Shown: positions 1 to 8,452 of the stretch, piece after piece
Layout of the letters: the number at the start of each line of letters is the position of its first letter
How positions within the stretch are numbered: the first letter of the stretch is position 1
Origin: Patescibacteria group bacterium
Lineage (GTDB): Bacteria; Patescibacteriota; Saccharimonadia; Saccharimonadales; UBA4665
NCBI GenBank assembly: GCA_030272735.1
Contig: JARXKL010000001.1
Span: forward strand, 75,571-139,570
Reading direction: 5' to 3'
DNA length: 64,000 nucleotides
Notes under the pieces: model-generated
Database searches by the model: none
Told to the model about the DNA's origin: nothing
The model's input: only the letters and a program-made list of their open reading frames with translations
Made by a program: the position numbers and the translations under genes

Positions 1-1
1 A

Positions 2-160
2 GTTGAAGCAGGTACCGCTGCAGGCTTAGTGTCTTTCGGCATGCCATTGCACACGGCTATAGCGGCGGCTGTTATTTACAGGATTATTAGCTTTTGGATA
101 CCACTACTCGTAGGATTCAGTGCGTTTATTTATTGCCAGAGAAAACACTACTTCGGGTAG
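2..160 (+). CDS. 3' end of UPF0104/LPG-synthase-TM (flippase-like) membrane protein, partial
   Basis: Frame 2 reads VEAGTAAGLVSFGMPLHTAIAAAVIYRIISFWIPLLVG...HYFG-TAG, the typical C-terminal motif of this family. Confidence 0.65.
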   Translation, partial: VEAGTAAGLVSFGMPLHTAIAAAVIYRIISFWIPLLVGFSAFIYCQRKHYFG

Positions 161-212
161 CGACTTAATCATAAGCATACTGTATACTTAGCCTAATGAA
201 TACGGTTATGTT

Positions 213-1124
213 ATGAGTAAGCATGTCGGAAAAGGCCACATATTTTTGCATCGCTTAAAGTTTGGTATTAGCGCTTTTATTGTTCTGGAACTCATTATTT
301 TTGTGGTTGTGCTGCTTAGCGGAAAAAATTTTGCCGTACTCAATCCAAAAGGTTTTATTGCTAGTGCCCAGTCAAATGTCATTTTACTTTCAGCAGCAAT
401 ATTGTTCACCATTGCAATACCCACTTTAGTAATCCTCTATTTTGTAGCGTGGAAGTACCGGGAGACTAATACGCACGCCGAATACGATCCGCAAGAGAAT
501 CACGGAAAAATGTTTGATTTTGGTATATGGGCTATTCCGAGTTTTTTTATGCTGCTAATGGCTTTCGTCATGATCCCTGCCACACATAGGCTAGACCCAC
601 GGCAACAAATCAGCTCGTATAATAAGCCCCTCACTATTCAAGTTATTGCTATGCGTTGGAAATGGGTCTTTTTATATCCCGATCAAAATATAGCAACGGT
701 CAATTTCGTGCAGATTCCAACGGATACGCCAGTTGAATTTGAACTTTCTGCTGATGAGTCGCCAATGAGTTCGTTCTGGATTCCCAACCTTGGAGGCCAG
801 CTATACGCCATGACGGGTCATGTGAATACATTGCACTTACTGGCAGATAAACCTGGCGATTATGCAGGTAGTACTGCCGAGCTAACCGGTGCTGGCTTTT
901 CGGGTATGAAATTTGTCGCTCGAGCTAGTTCACAAGATAATTTTGATTCTTGGGTCAATGAAGCCAAAAACTCACCGAGCGCTCTCACTAGTGAAGAATA
1001 TGCTCATTTGTTAAAACCGAGTGAGCACAATGCTGCCACTTTGTACGCCAAAACTGACCCAGAGTTATTCAGTACAATGCTCGCAAAATATGCTGGCTCA
1101 CATGACCACGGGATGCACGAATGA
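213..1124 (+). CDS. cyoA: Cytochrome bo3 ubiquinol oxidase subunit II
   Basis: LNPKG, WKWVFLYP, SFWIPNLGGQLYAMTG and GFSGMKF motifs; no CuA ligands; first gene of the operon. Confidence 0.95.
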   Translation: MSKHVGKGHIFLHRLKFGISAFIVLELIIFVVVLLSGKNFAVLNPKGFIASAQSNVILLSAAILFTIAIPTLVILYFVAWKYRETNTHAEYDPQENHGKMFDFGIWAIPSFFMLLMAFVMIPATHRLDPRQQISSYNKPLTIQVIAMRWKWVFLYPDQNIATVNFVQIPTDTPVEFELSADESPMSSFWIPNLGGQLYAMTGHVNTLHLLADKPGDYAGSTAELTGAGFSGMKFVARASSQDNFDSWVNEAKNSPSALTSEEYAHLLKPSEHNAATLYAKTDPELFSTMLAKYAGSHDHGMHE

Positions 1125-3211
1125 AAGAATTTTTCTTAGGTAGATTAAACATGCATGCGTTGCCGCATGAGTGGTTTTCCGTTGGCGGTACTGCAGGTTT
1201 TATGGGTCTATTTATTCTCGCAGCCATAATACTGACTCGTACAAAGCGTTGGAAGTGGCTCTGGAATGACTGGCTTACCTCTGTAGACCCGAAAAAAATC
1301 GGCATAATGTATTTCATCGTAGGCGCCTTTATGCTCGTGCGAGGTGGCGTAGATGCCATTATGATATGGCTTCAGCAGGCACTATCATCTGGATCATCTC
1401 ACGGTTATCTTACGGCTGATCATTTCCAGCAAATATTTACTGCTCACGGCAATATTATGGTTTTCTTTGTGGCGATGGCTTTTATCTTTGGACTCATAAA
1501 TTATATTGTGCCTCTACAGATCGGCGCGCGCGATCTGGCATCACCATTCATGAACACACTCGGTTTCTGGCTCTACATCGGCGGGGTTGTTATGGTAAAT
1601 ATGTTCTTCGCTTTCGGTGGCGAATACGCAGCTACTGGTTGGCTGGCCGCTTCCCCGCTATCGAGTATCCAGTTTAGCCCAGGTGTCGGTGTCGATTATT
1701 GGATATGGAGTTTACAGATATCAGGGATAGGAACGACATTAGGTGCGATAAACTTTATTATGACTATCCTCAAAATGCGCGCACCAGGCATGAGCTTATG
1801 GAAGATGCCATTGTTCACCTGGGGCTCACTGTGCAGCATGATAATGGCGGTAATAGTTTTCCCATTGCTCACCGCTACGCTGTTCCTCATGTTCTTTGAT
1901 CGATCGTTCGGTACACATTTCTTTACTACGACCGGGGGTGGAGACCCTATGATGTACACCAATCTTATATGGATGTGGGGTCACCCAGAGGTTTACATCT
2001 TGATGCTACCAGCTTTTGGCGTCTTCTCTGAGGTTGTAACAACGTTTAGCCGCAAGTCAATTGCGAGCTATACCTCTAATGTACTCGGTATGATTGGCGT
2101 AACATTATTTGCACTTTCAGTTTGGCTACATCACTTCTTTACAATGGGCGCCAGTGCCGATGTCAATGCCTTCTTTGGCGTAATGACACTTTTCATAGCT
2201 ATTCCTACCTCCGTGCTCGTGTTTACATGGATTGCAACTATGCGTAAAGGCCGCATTCGATACGACACTCCGATGCTGTGGTTCCTCGGTTTTATTGCTA
2301 CCTTTACAATTGGCGGTATTGCCGGTTTAATTTTAGCTGTTCCGCCAGCCGATTTTCAGCTGCACAACAGCTTATTCTTAGTGGCTCATTTCCATTCAAT
2401 GGTCATAGGCGGAGTATTATTTGGTATATTTGCTGGCTTAAATTTCTGGTTCCCTAAATTTACCGGCTTCAGGCTGAATGACAAAATTGGACGATATTCC
2501 TTTTATTGCTGGATAACAGGTTTTTGTCTGTCATTCATCCCAATGTATATTCTTGGTCTGATGGGAGCGACACGTCGCCTCGACCATTATGATGGCGCTA
2601 CCGGTTGGCAGCCGCTGTATATATCGATGTTCATAGGTGGCTTAGTAATTGCAACTGGCGTAGCACTACAATTTGCACAAATTCTGGCTAGTTATCTGCA
2701 AAAGTATCGGTTGCGGGACGAAACAGGTGACCCATGGGACGGACGAACTTTGGAATGGGCTGTAGCCTCTCGCCCGCCCTATTATAACTTTACGGTTATA
2801 CCCGAAGTTACGACACGCGATGCATTTATGGCGATGAAGTCCGCTGGGACAGTTAAAACCGTTTACGAAGATATTATTATTCCGAAAAATACCGCTGCGG
2901 GTATATACATTGCCATCTTTGCTTTTTTTGCTGGCTTTGGATTTGTTTGGCACATTATGTGGTTAGCCTTTGTATCGATCATTGGAGCGATAGTCGTATT
3001 TATCATTCGCGGATTCCATGATGATAGCGAATACACTCTTACGGCGGCCGAGGTTGAGAAACTGGAAAAAGCTAGAATTGCTAAAGCTAAACTAGCAGTT
3101 CCCGGCAAATACGACCATACCGATGAAGATATGGGCCTTCAACAGTTAATTGGCATCAGTTATACATTTTTGATCGATATCGTAAAGAATAAACGGTGGC
3201 GAACATGGTAA
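1121..3211 (+). CDS. cyoB: Cytochrome bo3 ubiquinol oxidase subunit I
   Basis: WGHPEVY, WLHHFF, AHFH and QIFTAHG motifs; quinol-site R/D/H/Q present. Confidence 0.97.
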   Translation: MKEFFLGRLNMHALPHEWFSVGGTAGFMGLFILAAIILTRTKRWKWLWNDWLTSVDPKKIGIMYFIVGAFMLVRGGVDAIMIWLQQALSSGSSHGYLTADHFQQIFTAHGNIMVFFVAMAFIFGLINYIVPLQIGARDLASPFMNTLGFWLYIGGVVMVNMFFAFGGEYAATGWLAASPLSSIQFSPGVGVDYWIWSLQISGIGTTLGAINFIMTILKMRAPGMSLWKMPLFTWGSLCSMIMAVIVFPLLTATLFLMFFDRSFGTHFFTTTGGGDPMMYTNLIWMWGHPEVYILMLPAFGVFSEVVTTFSRKSIASYTSNVLGMIGVTLFALSVWLHHFFTMGASADVNAFFGVMTLFIAIPTSVLVFTWIATMRKGRIRYDTPMLWFLGFIATFTIGGIAGLILAVPPADFQLHNSLFLVAHFHSMVIGGVLFGIFAGLNFWFPKFTGFRLNDKIGRYSFYCWITGFCLSFIPMYILGLMGATRRLDHYDGATGWQPLYISMFIGGLVIATGVALQFAQILASYLQKYRLRDETGDPWDGRTLEWAVASRPPYYNFTVIPEVTTRDAFMAMKSAGTVKTVYEDIIIPKNTAAGIYIAIFAFFAGFGFVWHIMWLAFVSIIGAIVVFIIRGFHDDSEYTLTAAEVEKLEKARIAKAKLAVPGKYDHTDEDMGLQQLIGISYTFLIDIVKNKRWRTW

Positions 3212-3807
3212 AAGAACACGTTTTAAGCCACAAAGAACTGCACGAAGAAGCTGCCGACGACCGTGTAATGTTCGGCTTCTGGATATATCTTATGACTGAC
3301 CTCTTAATTTTCTCGGTTTTGTTCGCGACTTACTCAGTATTACATACTCGCACGCTGGGTGGAGCCCCAGGCAGCGCACTATTCAGTCGGCCGCTTGCTC
3401 TCACAGAAACTCTCATATTGCTCACGAGCAGTTTCACTTGCGGCATTGGCATGATAATGGCACGACAGCGTAAGCAAGCACAAACGTTAGTGTGGTTTGG
3501 CCTAACGTTTATTTTGGGGTTAGCCTTCTTGAGTTTAGAACTTAGAGAATTTTCTGCATTCATTCATGAGGGTCATACCCTGCAGACCAATGCATTCCTG
3601 TCTTCATTCTTTGTGTTAGTGGGCACGCACGGACTCCATATAACCTCTGGTTTACTCTGGATGGGAATTACCCTCGGATACATTGTTAAGCGCGGTCTAA
3701 ACGCTCCCCTGGTTCGGAAACTCGCTATGCTTAGCCTGTTCTGGCACTTCTTGGATATTGTCTGGATATTTATCTTCACCATCGTATACATGGGGGCATA
3801 TACATGA
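3205..3807 (+). CDS. cyoC: Cytochrome bo3 oxidase subunit III (alternative GTG start at 3196)
   Basis: FGFWIYLMTD, GTHGLH and LFWHFLDIVWIFIFT motifs. Confidence 0.95.
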   Translation: MVKEHVLSHKELHEEAADDRVMFGFWIYLMTDLLIFSVLFATYSVLHTRTLGGAPGSALFSRPLALTETLILLTSSFTCGIGMIMARQRKQAQTLVWFGLTFILGLAFLSLELREFSAFIHEGHTLQTNAFLSSFFVLVGTHGLHITSGLLWMGITLGYIVKRGLNAPLVRKLAMLSLFWHFLDIVWIFIFTIVYMGAYT

Positions 3808-4496
3808 ACCATCATCTGCATCCCAAAGGCAGCGGCCATACCAGTGAGCGAGGTACGATAATATCTTACATTATTGGCTTTGCACTCTCTTTGATCTTGA
3901 CCTTTGTGACGTATTACTTGGTTGACAAGCAATCTGTTTCAGGCCAGACACTTATGGTAACAATACTTGGTTTTGGCGTATTGCAAATGCTCGTACAAAT
4001 ATTTTTCTTTTTGCATTTGGGTCGTGGGCCTAAGCCTTTATATAATGTCGTATTTTTTGGAGCGACAGTTGGCATAATTATGGTTGTAGTTGGTGGGTCG
4101 ATAATTATTGTTAATAACTTACATTACAATAGCTTGGCACCCGATCAGGTTAAAAAAGTTGTCGACGACGAGGCCATTTATCAAATAAATGGTCACGAAA
4201 CAGGCGCATGCCATGGGCAGTATGCAAATCATCACGTGTCAATAAAATATGGAATTATCACCCCGCTGCACACACAAGCAAAAAAATGCGACACGCTGAC
4301 ATTTCTGAATGAAGACACGGTGTCTCGAGAAATCACATTCGGCACTCACCCCGAGCATAAAGCGTATGCCGGTGACAGCTACGTGCCCGTTAGAAAAGGA
4401 CTTTCGAAAACAATAACACTCTCAGAAGCAGGCAGTTTTAAGTTCCATGATCATCAGCAAGCTGAAGTCGCTGGTGACTTTACGGTCGTCCCATAA
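3804..4496 (+). CDS. cyoD: Cytochrome bo3 oxidase subunit IV fused to a C-terminal cupredoxin-like domain
   Basis: N-terminal YIIGFALSLILT...QIFFFLHL; C-terminal DTLTFLNED...HPEH...GSFKFHDH...GDFTV beta-sandwich pattern. Confidence 0.88.
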   Translation: MNHHLHPKGSGHTSERGTIISYIIGFALSLILTFVTYYLVDKQSVSGQTLMVTILGFGVLQMLVQIFFFLHLGRGPKPLYNVVFFGATVGIIMVVVGGSIIIVNNLHYNSLAPDQVKKVVDDEAIYQINGHETGACHGQYANHHVSIKYGIITPLHTQAKKCDTLTFLNEDTVSREITFGTHPEHKAYAGDSYVPVRKGLSKTITLSEAGSFKFHDHQQAEVAGDFTVVP

Positions 4497-5377
4497 TGGC
4501 AAAAAAAGCGCAGGAAACGGGTAAGTTCCGCGCTTACTACCTGCTGACTAAACCAGGCATTATCCGCGGAAACATACTTGTTGCCGCAGGCGGCTTTTTA
4601 TTTGCTGCTCGAGGGCATGTGGATATTTTGTTGCTTTTAGCTACGCTTATCGGTACTTCCCTAGTCATTGCATCTGCGTGCGTACTGAACAATTACATTG
4701 ACCGAGATATTGATACGCGAATGGAACGCACTAAAAAACGAGCATTGGTAACCGGCTTTATTACCCCTTCATCAGCACTGATTTACGCTGCAGTTTTGGG
4801 CATTTCAGGCACGATCATTTTATTTGTGTATGTTAACGCCCTGACTGGCGTAATAGGACTATTTGGTTTTTTTGCGTATGTCGTTCTTTATACCTACGCC
4901 AAAAGGCTGACGACGCACGGTACCGTTATAGGCAGCATTTCCGGGGCCATACCACCGGTCGCCGGCTACGCCGCTGTAACGAACTACTTAGATGTTACTG
5001 CCTTGCTGCTATTTATTATTTTAGTAGCTTGGCAAATGCCGCATTTTTACGCCATCGCTGTTTTCCGCCAGGATGAATACGCCGCTGCCAAAATCCCCGT
5101 TTTGCCGGTAAAAAAAGGACTGCATGCTACTAAAATCCAGATTACTCTTTATATTATTGCCTTCACGGCTGTTTGCGTGTCTCTAGGCATTTTAAGCTAC
5201 GCCAGTACCGGATATTTGATTGTTATGACAGGTATGTCGTTACTGTGGCTAAGGCTTGCTATAAAGGGTTTTAAAGCTGATAACGATCACAAATGGGCGC
5301 GTGAGGTCTTTGGTATGTCACTGCTCGTGATATTGGTGTTTAGCATTATGCTCTCGTTAAATTCACTGTTCTCTTGA
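4496..5377 (+). CDS. cyoE: Heme O synthase (protoheme IX farnesyltransferase)
   Basis: LTKPGI, NNYIDRDIDTRMERTKKR and WQMPHFYAIA motifs. Confidence 0.96.
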   Translation: MAKKAQETGKFRAYYLLTKPGIIRGNILVAAGGFLFAARGHVDILLLLATLIGTSLVIASACVLNNYIDRDIDTRMERTKKRALVTGFITPSSALIYAAVLGISGTIILFVYVNALTGVIGLFGFFAYVVLYTYAKRLTTHGTVIGSISGAIPPVAGYAAVTNYLDVTALLLFIILVAWQMPHFYAIAVFRQDEYAAAKIPVLPVKKGLHATKIQITLYIIAFTAVCVSLGILSYASTGYLIVMTGMSLLWLRLAIKGFKADNDHKWAREVFGMSLLVILVFSIMLSLNSLFS

Positions 5378-5420
5378 TGCAAGGAGAACGCTCTAAAGCA
5401 AATTACATTGCACTTATTAT

Positions 5421-5723
5421 CTAAGATGCTTTATTGATAAATAATCCAACGGCGATTGAAGTGTAAAGAATCACCCCTGATATTTCCACAAGAATGAGGG
5501 GTTTGTCCTTATGTTTGAGTGCATATATCAGCCAGACTAATGCAATTACAGAATACGCAGCCCACGTGCTGAACGATGACCCCTGTTTATGCTCAAACCA
5601 AACAGTATAAAACTGCGGGATAGTCATAATGGGTGTTGCAATTGCGGCAAGATACACCAACCGATCAATCACAGGTTCGGGCTTTTTACGTCGATGTTTT
5701 GCTAGTTTTTTGTGTTTAGGCAC
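5421..5723 (-). CDS. SemiSWEET/PQ-loop family small transporter
   Basis: TIPQ motif, three TM helices, WLIYA..KDKPLI. Confidence 0.75.
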   Translation of the reverse strand: MPKHKKLAKHRRKKPEPVIDRLVYLAAIATPIMTIPQFYTVWFEHKQGSSFSTWAAYSVIALVWLIYALKHKDKPLILVEISGVILYTSIAVGLFINKAS

Positions 5724-5787
5724 AAATAAATAATAGCATAATACTTATGTTTGGTTGAGGCCAAGGAATGACGTTAGCATGAGCATG

Positions 5788-6714
5788 TTAGGAACGAACG
5801 CGCTCGTGCTCGACTTGAGTTGTGCCCGGCAGGAGGTAGTCATTACCAGGGAATTCTAACCGCAATGTTTCACGTATGGGCTTGAGTTTTGCACTCGTCA
5901 CCGCGGATACGTGTTGTTTGTAATAGCATGTTTTTGTTCTAGCATTGTAACGAATAGAATAGTTCCTGCCTGGGTCGCCTGCTCCAACATGGAATATGCG
6001 CACCTGCCCAGCGCACATAGGCGGCGTGACCGTAACGGCCCGCGGCTTAGTGGTGGGGTTATAATCAAGCACCTGCGGCGGTACGCTCAGTTCAATCAGC
6101 TGTGTGTAGCCATCGCCAATCACAATTGGCCCTGCCCTGCCGCTATCCGAGATATACTGCGCCTTCAAATCCACGCTAAGTTTTTTATGCTGGGCGCGGA
6201 TGCTGGCTGCATCCGGGCAATTGCTGGCTTCATCCATTTTCGCAATTTTAGAAATGCCTTCGGGGCTCACATAGGTACAATAACCAGTTGTTACACTTGG
6301 CGCCTGCCGCGAGAATGCGGCATCACCAGTCACTTTCTCGCCTTTTTGTAAGAAGAATAACGTCAACGAGGAAGCTGTACAAACTACTTCGGTCGGCTGA
6401 TCTGCACTAATCCGCACATATCTATAGCCTGATCTTAACTTTTTACCAGCACAATAAGCGTGCGTACTATCCACCACACCCTGGACTGCACCTTTTTTAA
6501 TCGGTGCACCATCTTGATTAGACACCCCAATGGCTGCCAGTTGATACGTCGGCGTACCATAAATAACTAGCTTGCCGGTGGGTAGCTGGCTATCTGCGTG
6601 ACTGGCAACCAGCATAAAAGTTCCGCCGACTGCGACGACAAGAATAATAACGATTGGAATAATGGCATGAGTAATACCTGCCGCGGTGAGTCTGGTGTGG
6701 TTGAATAGTTTCAT
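5788..6714 (-). CDS. Secreted/surface hypothetical protein with pilin-like N-terminus
   Basis: 308 aa ORF; basic N-terminus, G-ITHAII hydrophobic helix, ASHA site, paired cysteines. Confidence 0.7.
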   Translation of the reverse strand: MKLFNHTRLTAAGITHAIIPIVIILVVAVGGTFMLVASHADSQLPTGKLVIYGTPTYQLAAIGVSNQDGAPIKKGAVQGVVDSTHAYCAGKKLRSGYRYVRISADQPTEVVCTASSLTLFFLQKGEKVTGDAAFSRQAPSVTTGYCTYVSPEGISKIAKMDEASNCPDAASIRAQHKKLSVDLKAQYISDSGRAGPIVIGDGYTQLIELSVPPQVLDYNPTTKPRAVTVTPPMCAGQVRIFHVGAGDPGRNYSIRYNARTKTCYYKQHVSAVTSAKLKPIRETLRLEFPGNDYLLPGTTQVEHERVRS

Positions 6715-6826
6715 AGATGTTTTTATATGGTTTATTTTGTAACGTATTCAAATTGTACCACGCTTGTCCAGATGTGCTAACGCCTGGGTGTATCATACTG
6801 AAACAAGCTAGTTGAGCGCCGCTAAA

Positions 6827-6946
6827 GCTGGGGCGGAAGGATAGTGCACGTTAGTCCAGGCGCCCGCTGCCGCTGGGACCTGTGCTCGCGAAACGTGCCG
6901 CAGGCACTTACGACCGAACAGTTCGAATAATCCACACACCCTCAAA
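6827..6946 (-). repeat. tRNA-Gln-linked structured element ending in a copy of the tRNA 3' end
   Basis: 6827-6842 GCTGGGGCGGAAGGAT matches tRNA 6986-7001 at 15/16; internal hairpin GTGCC-GCA-GGCAC. Confidence 0.6.
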
Positions 6947-6985
6947 CACGAAGAATGACCTACGCTGGGCAGGTCATTCTTCGTG
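6947..6985 (-). terminator. Hairpin immediately after tRNA-Gln
   Basis: 15-bp perfect inverted repeat CACGAAGAATGACCT/AGGTCATTCTTCGTG. Confidence 0.65.
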
Positions 6986-7058
6986 GCTGGGGCGGCAGGA
7001 TTCGAACCTGCGAATGCTGGTACCAAAAACCAGTGCCTTACCACTTGGCGACGCCCCA
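6984..7058 (-). tRNA. tRNA-Gln(TTG)
   Basis: Cloverleaf, anticodon arm CTGGT-TTTTGGT-ACCAG, GGTTCGAATCC, encoded CCA. Confidence 0.96.
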
Positions 7059-7179
7059 ATAACAGATTGATTTTAACGTATGAACGCACAATTAACAACT
7101 CTATTGCGCTCAGTATCTATTGACCGCATCGCAAAAATATAGTAGTATAGTGTTTTAAGCGTAACAAGGATCAAATATT

Positions 7180-7446
7180 ATGTCTGCAAATAGCATCGAA
7201 ACAGCTCAGGACCATACGCCTGTTCTAGAAAGAATCATGAACGGCGCTGTTGCCGTTGTAGGCGCTGCAGGTATTATAGCTGGCGGGGTCGCCGTTGAGC
7301 ATTATGCTGAAAACGCAATTGGCAATGAAGACCCTTTTGACGCGACAACACTGACACTGGCAGGCTTCTCTGCAGGAGCTCTCGCAGTAAGTGTTATGAA
7401 GTCTGCACTGCGCAACAGAGAAATTTTGCGCAATCGTAGCGTTTAA
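7180..7446 (+). CDS. Small hypothetical protein with two hydrophobic helices
   Basis: 88 aa ORF with AAGGA SD and upstream TTGACC-17-TAGTAT. Confidence 0.7.
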   Translation: MSANSIETAQDHTPVLERIMNGAVAVVGAAGIIAGGVAVEHYAENAIGNEDPFDATTLTLAGFSAGALAVSVMKSALRNREILRNRSV

Positions 7447-7493
7447 ATATAAATGGACGCTTGCACAGTAGTTTGTTAGAGTTGAGTAAAGTT

Positions 7494-8432
7494 ATGGCTA
7501 AAAATATACAGAGGAATCCGGCTGATTTTATACAGCCTTTAAATATTAATGGCATGGAAGGCCGCATGTTGCGCATGCCAGCCCAAGTTAATGGACATGC
7601 AAGCGAAATACTCTACATATATGGTCTGCATTCAAGCCTGGAGCGATGGTGGGGGCTTATTCAGGTATTGAACCGATACGGAGCAGTTACCGCTCCTGAT
7701 ATGCCAGGTTTTGGTGGCATGGACAGCTTTTATAAAATAGGCAAAAAGCCTACGCTAGATAACTATGCTGATTATCTTGCTGCGTTAGTTAAACTGCGTT
7801 ATCGTCGTAAAAAAGTTGTCATTGTTGGGCTTAGTTTTGGATTTTTAATTGCAACGCGGATGCTGCAGCGCTATCCGGAACTTACTAAAAAAGTGACATT
7901 ACTAGTTAGCCTTGTAGGATTTGCCCATCAGGATGATTTTACCTTTAGTAAGCCCCGTTATAACTTTTATTTATATGGCACAAAAATTATCAAAACTAAG
8001 CCTGGTTCAATGCTGTTTCGTACTATAGCTTTGAACCCATCGGTGTTACGAACCTTCTACGGCCGTACGCACAACGCTAAACATAAGTATGCTCAGGCAA
8101 ACAACGATGCAGAAACCGAGCAAATCAAAGAAATTGAAGTAGGTTTATGGCGCAATAACGATGCACGCACATGGGCATTCACCACAAATGAATTCCTAAC
8201 TTTAGATAATTGTAAAGTTCGCGTCAATTTACCTGTATGGCACGTGGGCGCTAAGGTTGATAACTATTTCGATAATAATATTGTTGAGCAACACATGCGC
8301 GTAATATTCTCGGGCTATGAAAGCGCTATGCTTGACCTTGTAGCGCATGCGCCAAGTGTTATTGCTACCGAGAATGATGCTGCAGCACTGATTCCGCCAC
8401 GGCTACGTAAACGCCTTAACAAACTCGACTGA
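7494..8432 (+). CDS. Alpha/beta fold hydrolase
   Basis: PDMPGFGGMD and GLSFG nucleophile elbow, C-terminal His. Confidence 0.85.
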   Translation: MAKNIQRNPADFIQPLNINGMEGRMLRMPAQVNGHASEILYIYGLHSSLERWWGLIQVLNRYGAVTAPDMPGFGGMDSFYKIGKKPTLDNYADYLAALVKLRYRRKKVVIVGLSFGFLIATRMLQRYPELTKKVTLLVSLVGFAHQDDFTFSKPRYNFYLYGTKIIKTKPGSMLFRTIALNPSVLRTFYGRTHNAKHKYAQANNDAETEQIKEIEVGLWRNNDARTWAFTTNEFLTLDNCKVRVNLPVWHVGAKVDNYFDNNIVEQHMRVIFSGYESAMLDLVAHAPSVIATENDAAALIPPRLRKRLNKLD

Positions 8433-8452
8433 ATGGTATACTGGACTACACT

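Noticed and set aside
213..6842. cyo operon as a tRNA-Gln genomic island
   Set aside because: The tRNA 3' duplicate lies only about 160 bp away, and no integrase or distal att site is visible
6808..7098. ORFs over tRNA-Gln (also 42397-42657 over tRNA-Tyr and 34188-34382)
   Set aside because: Shadows of tRNAs and repeats
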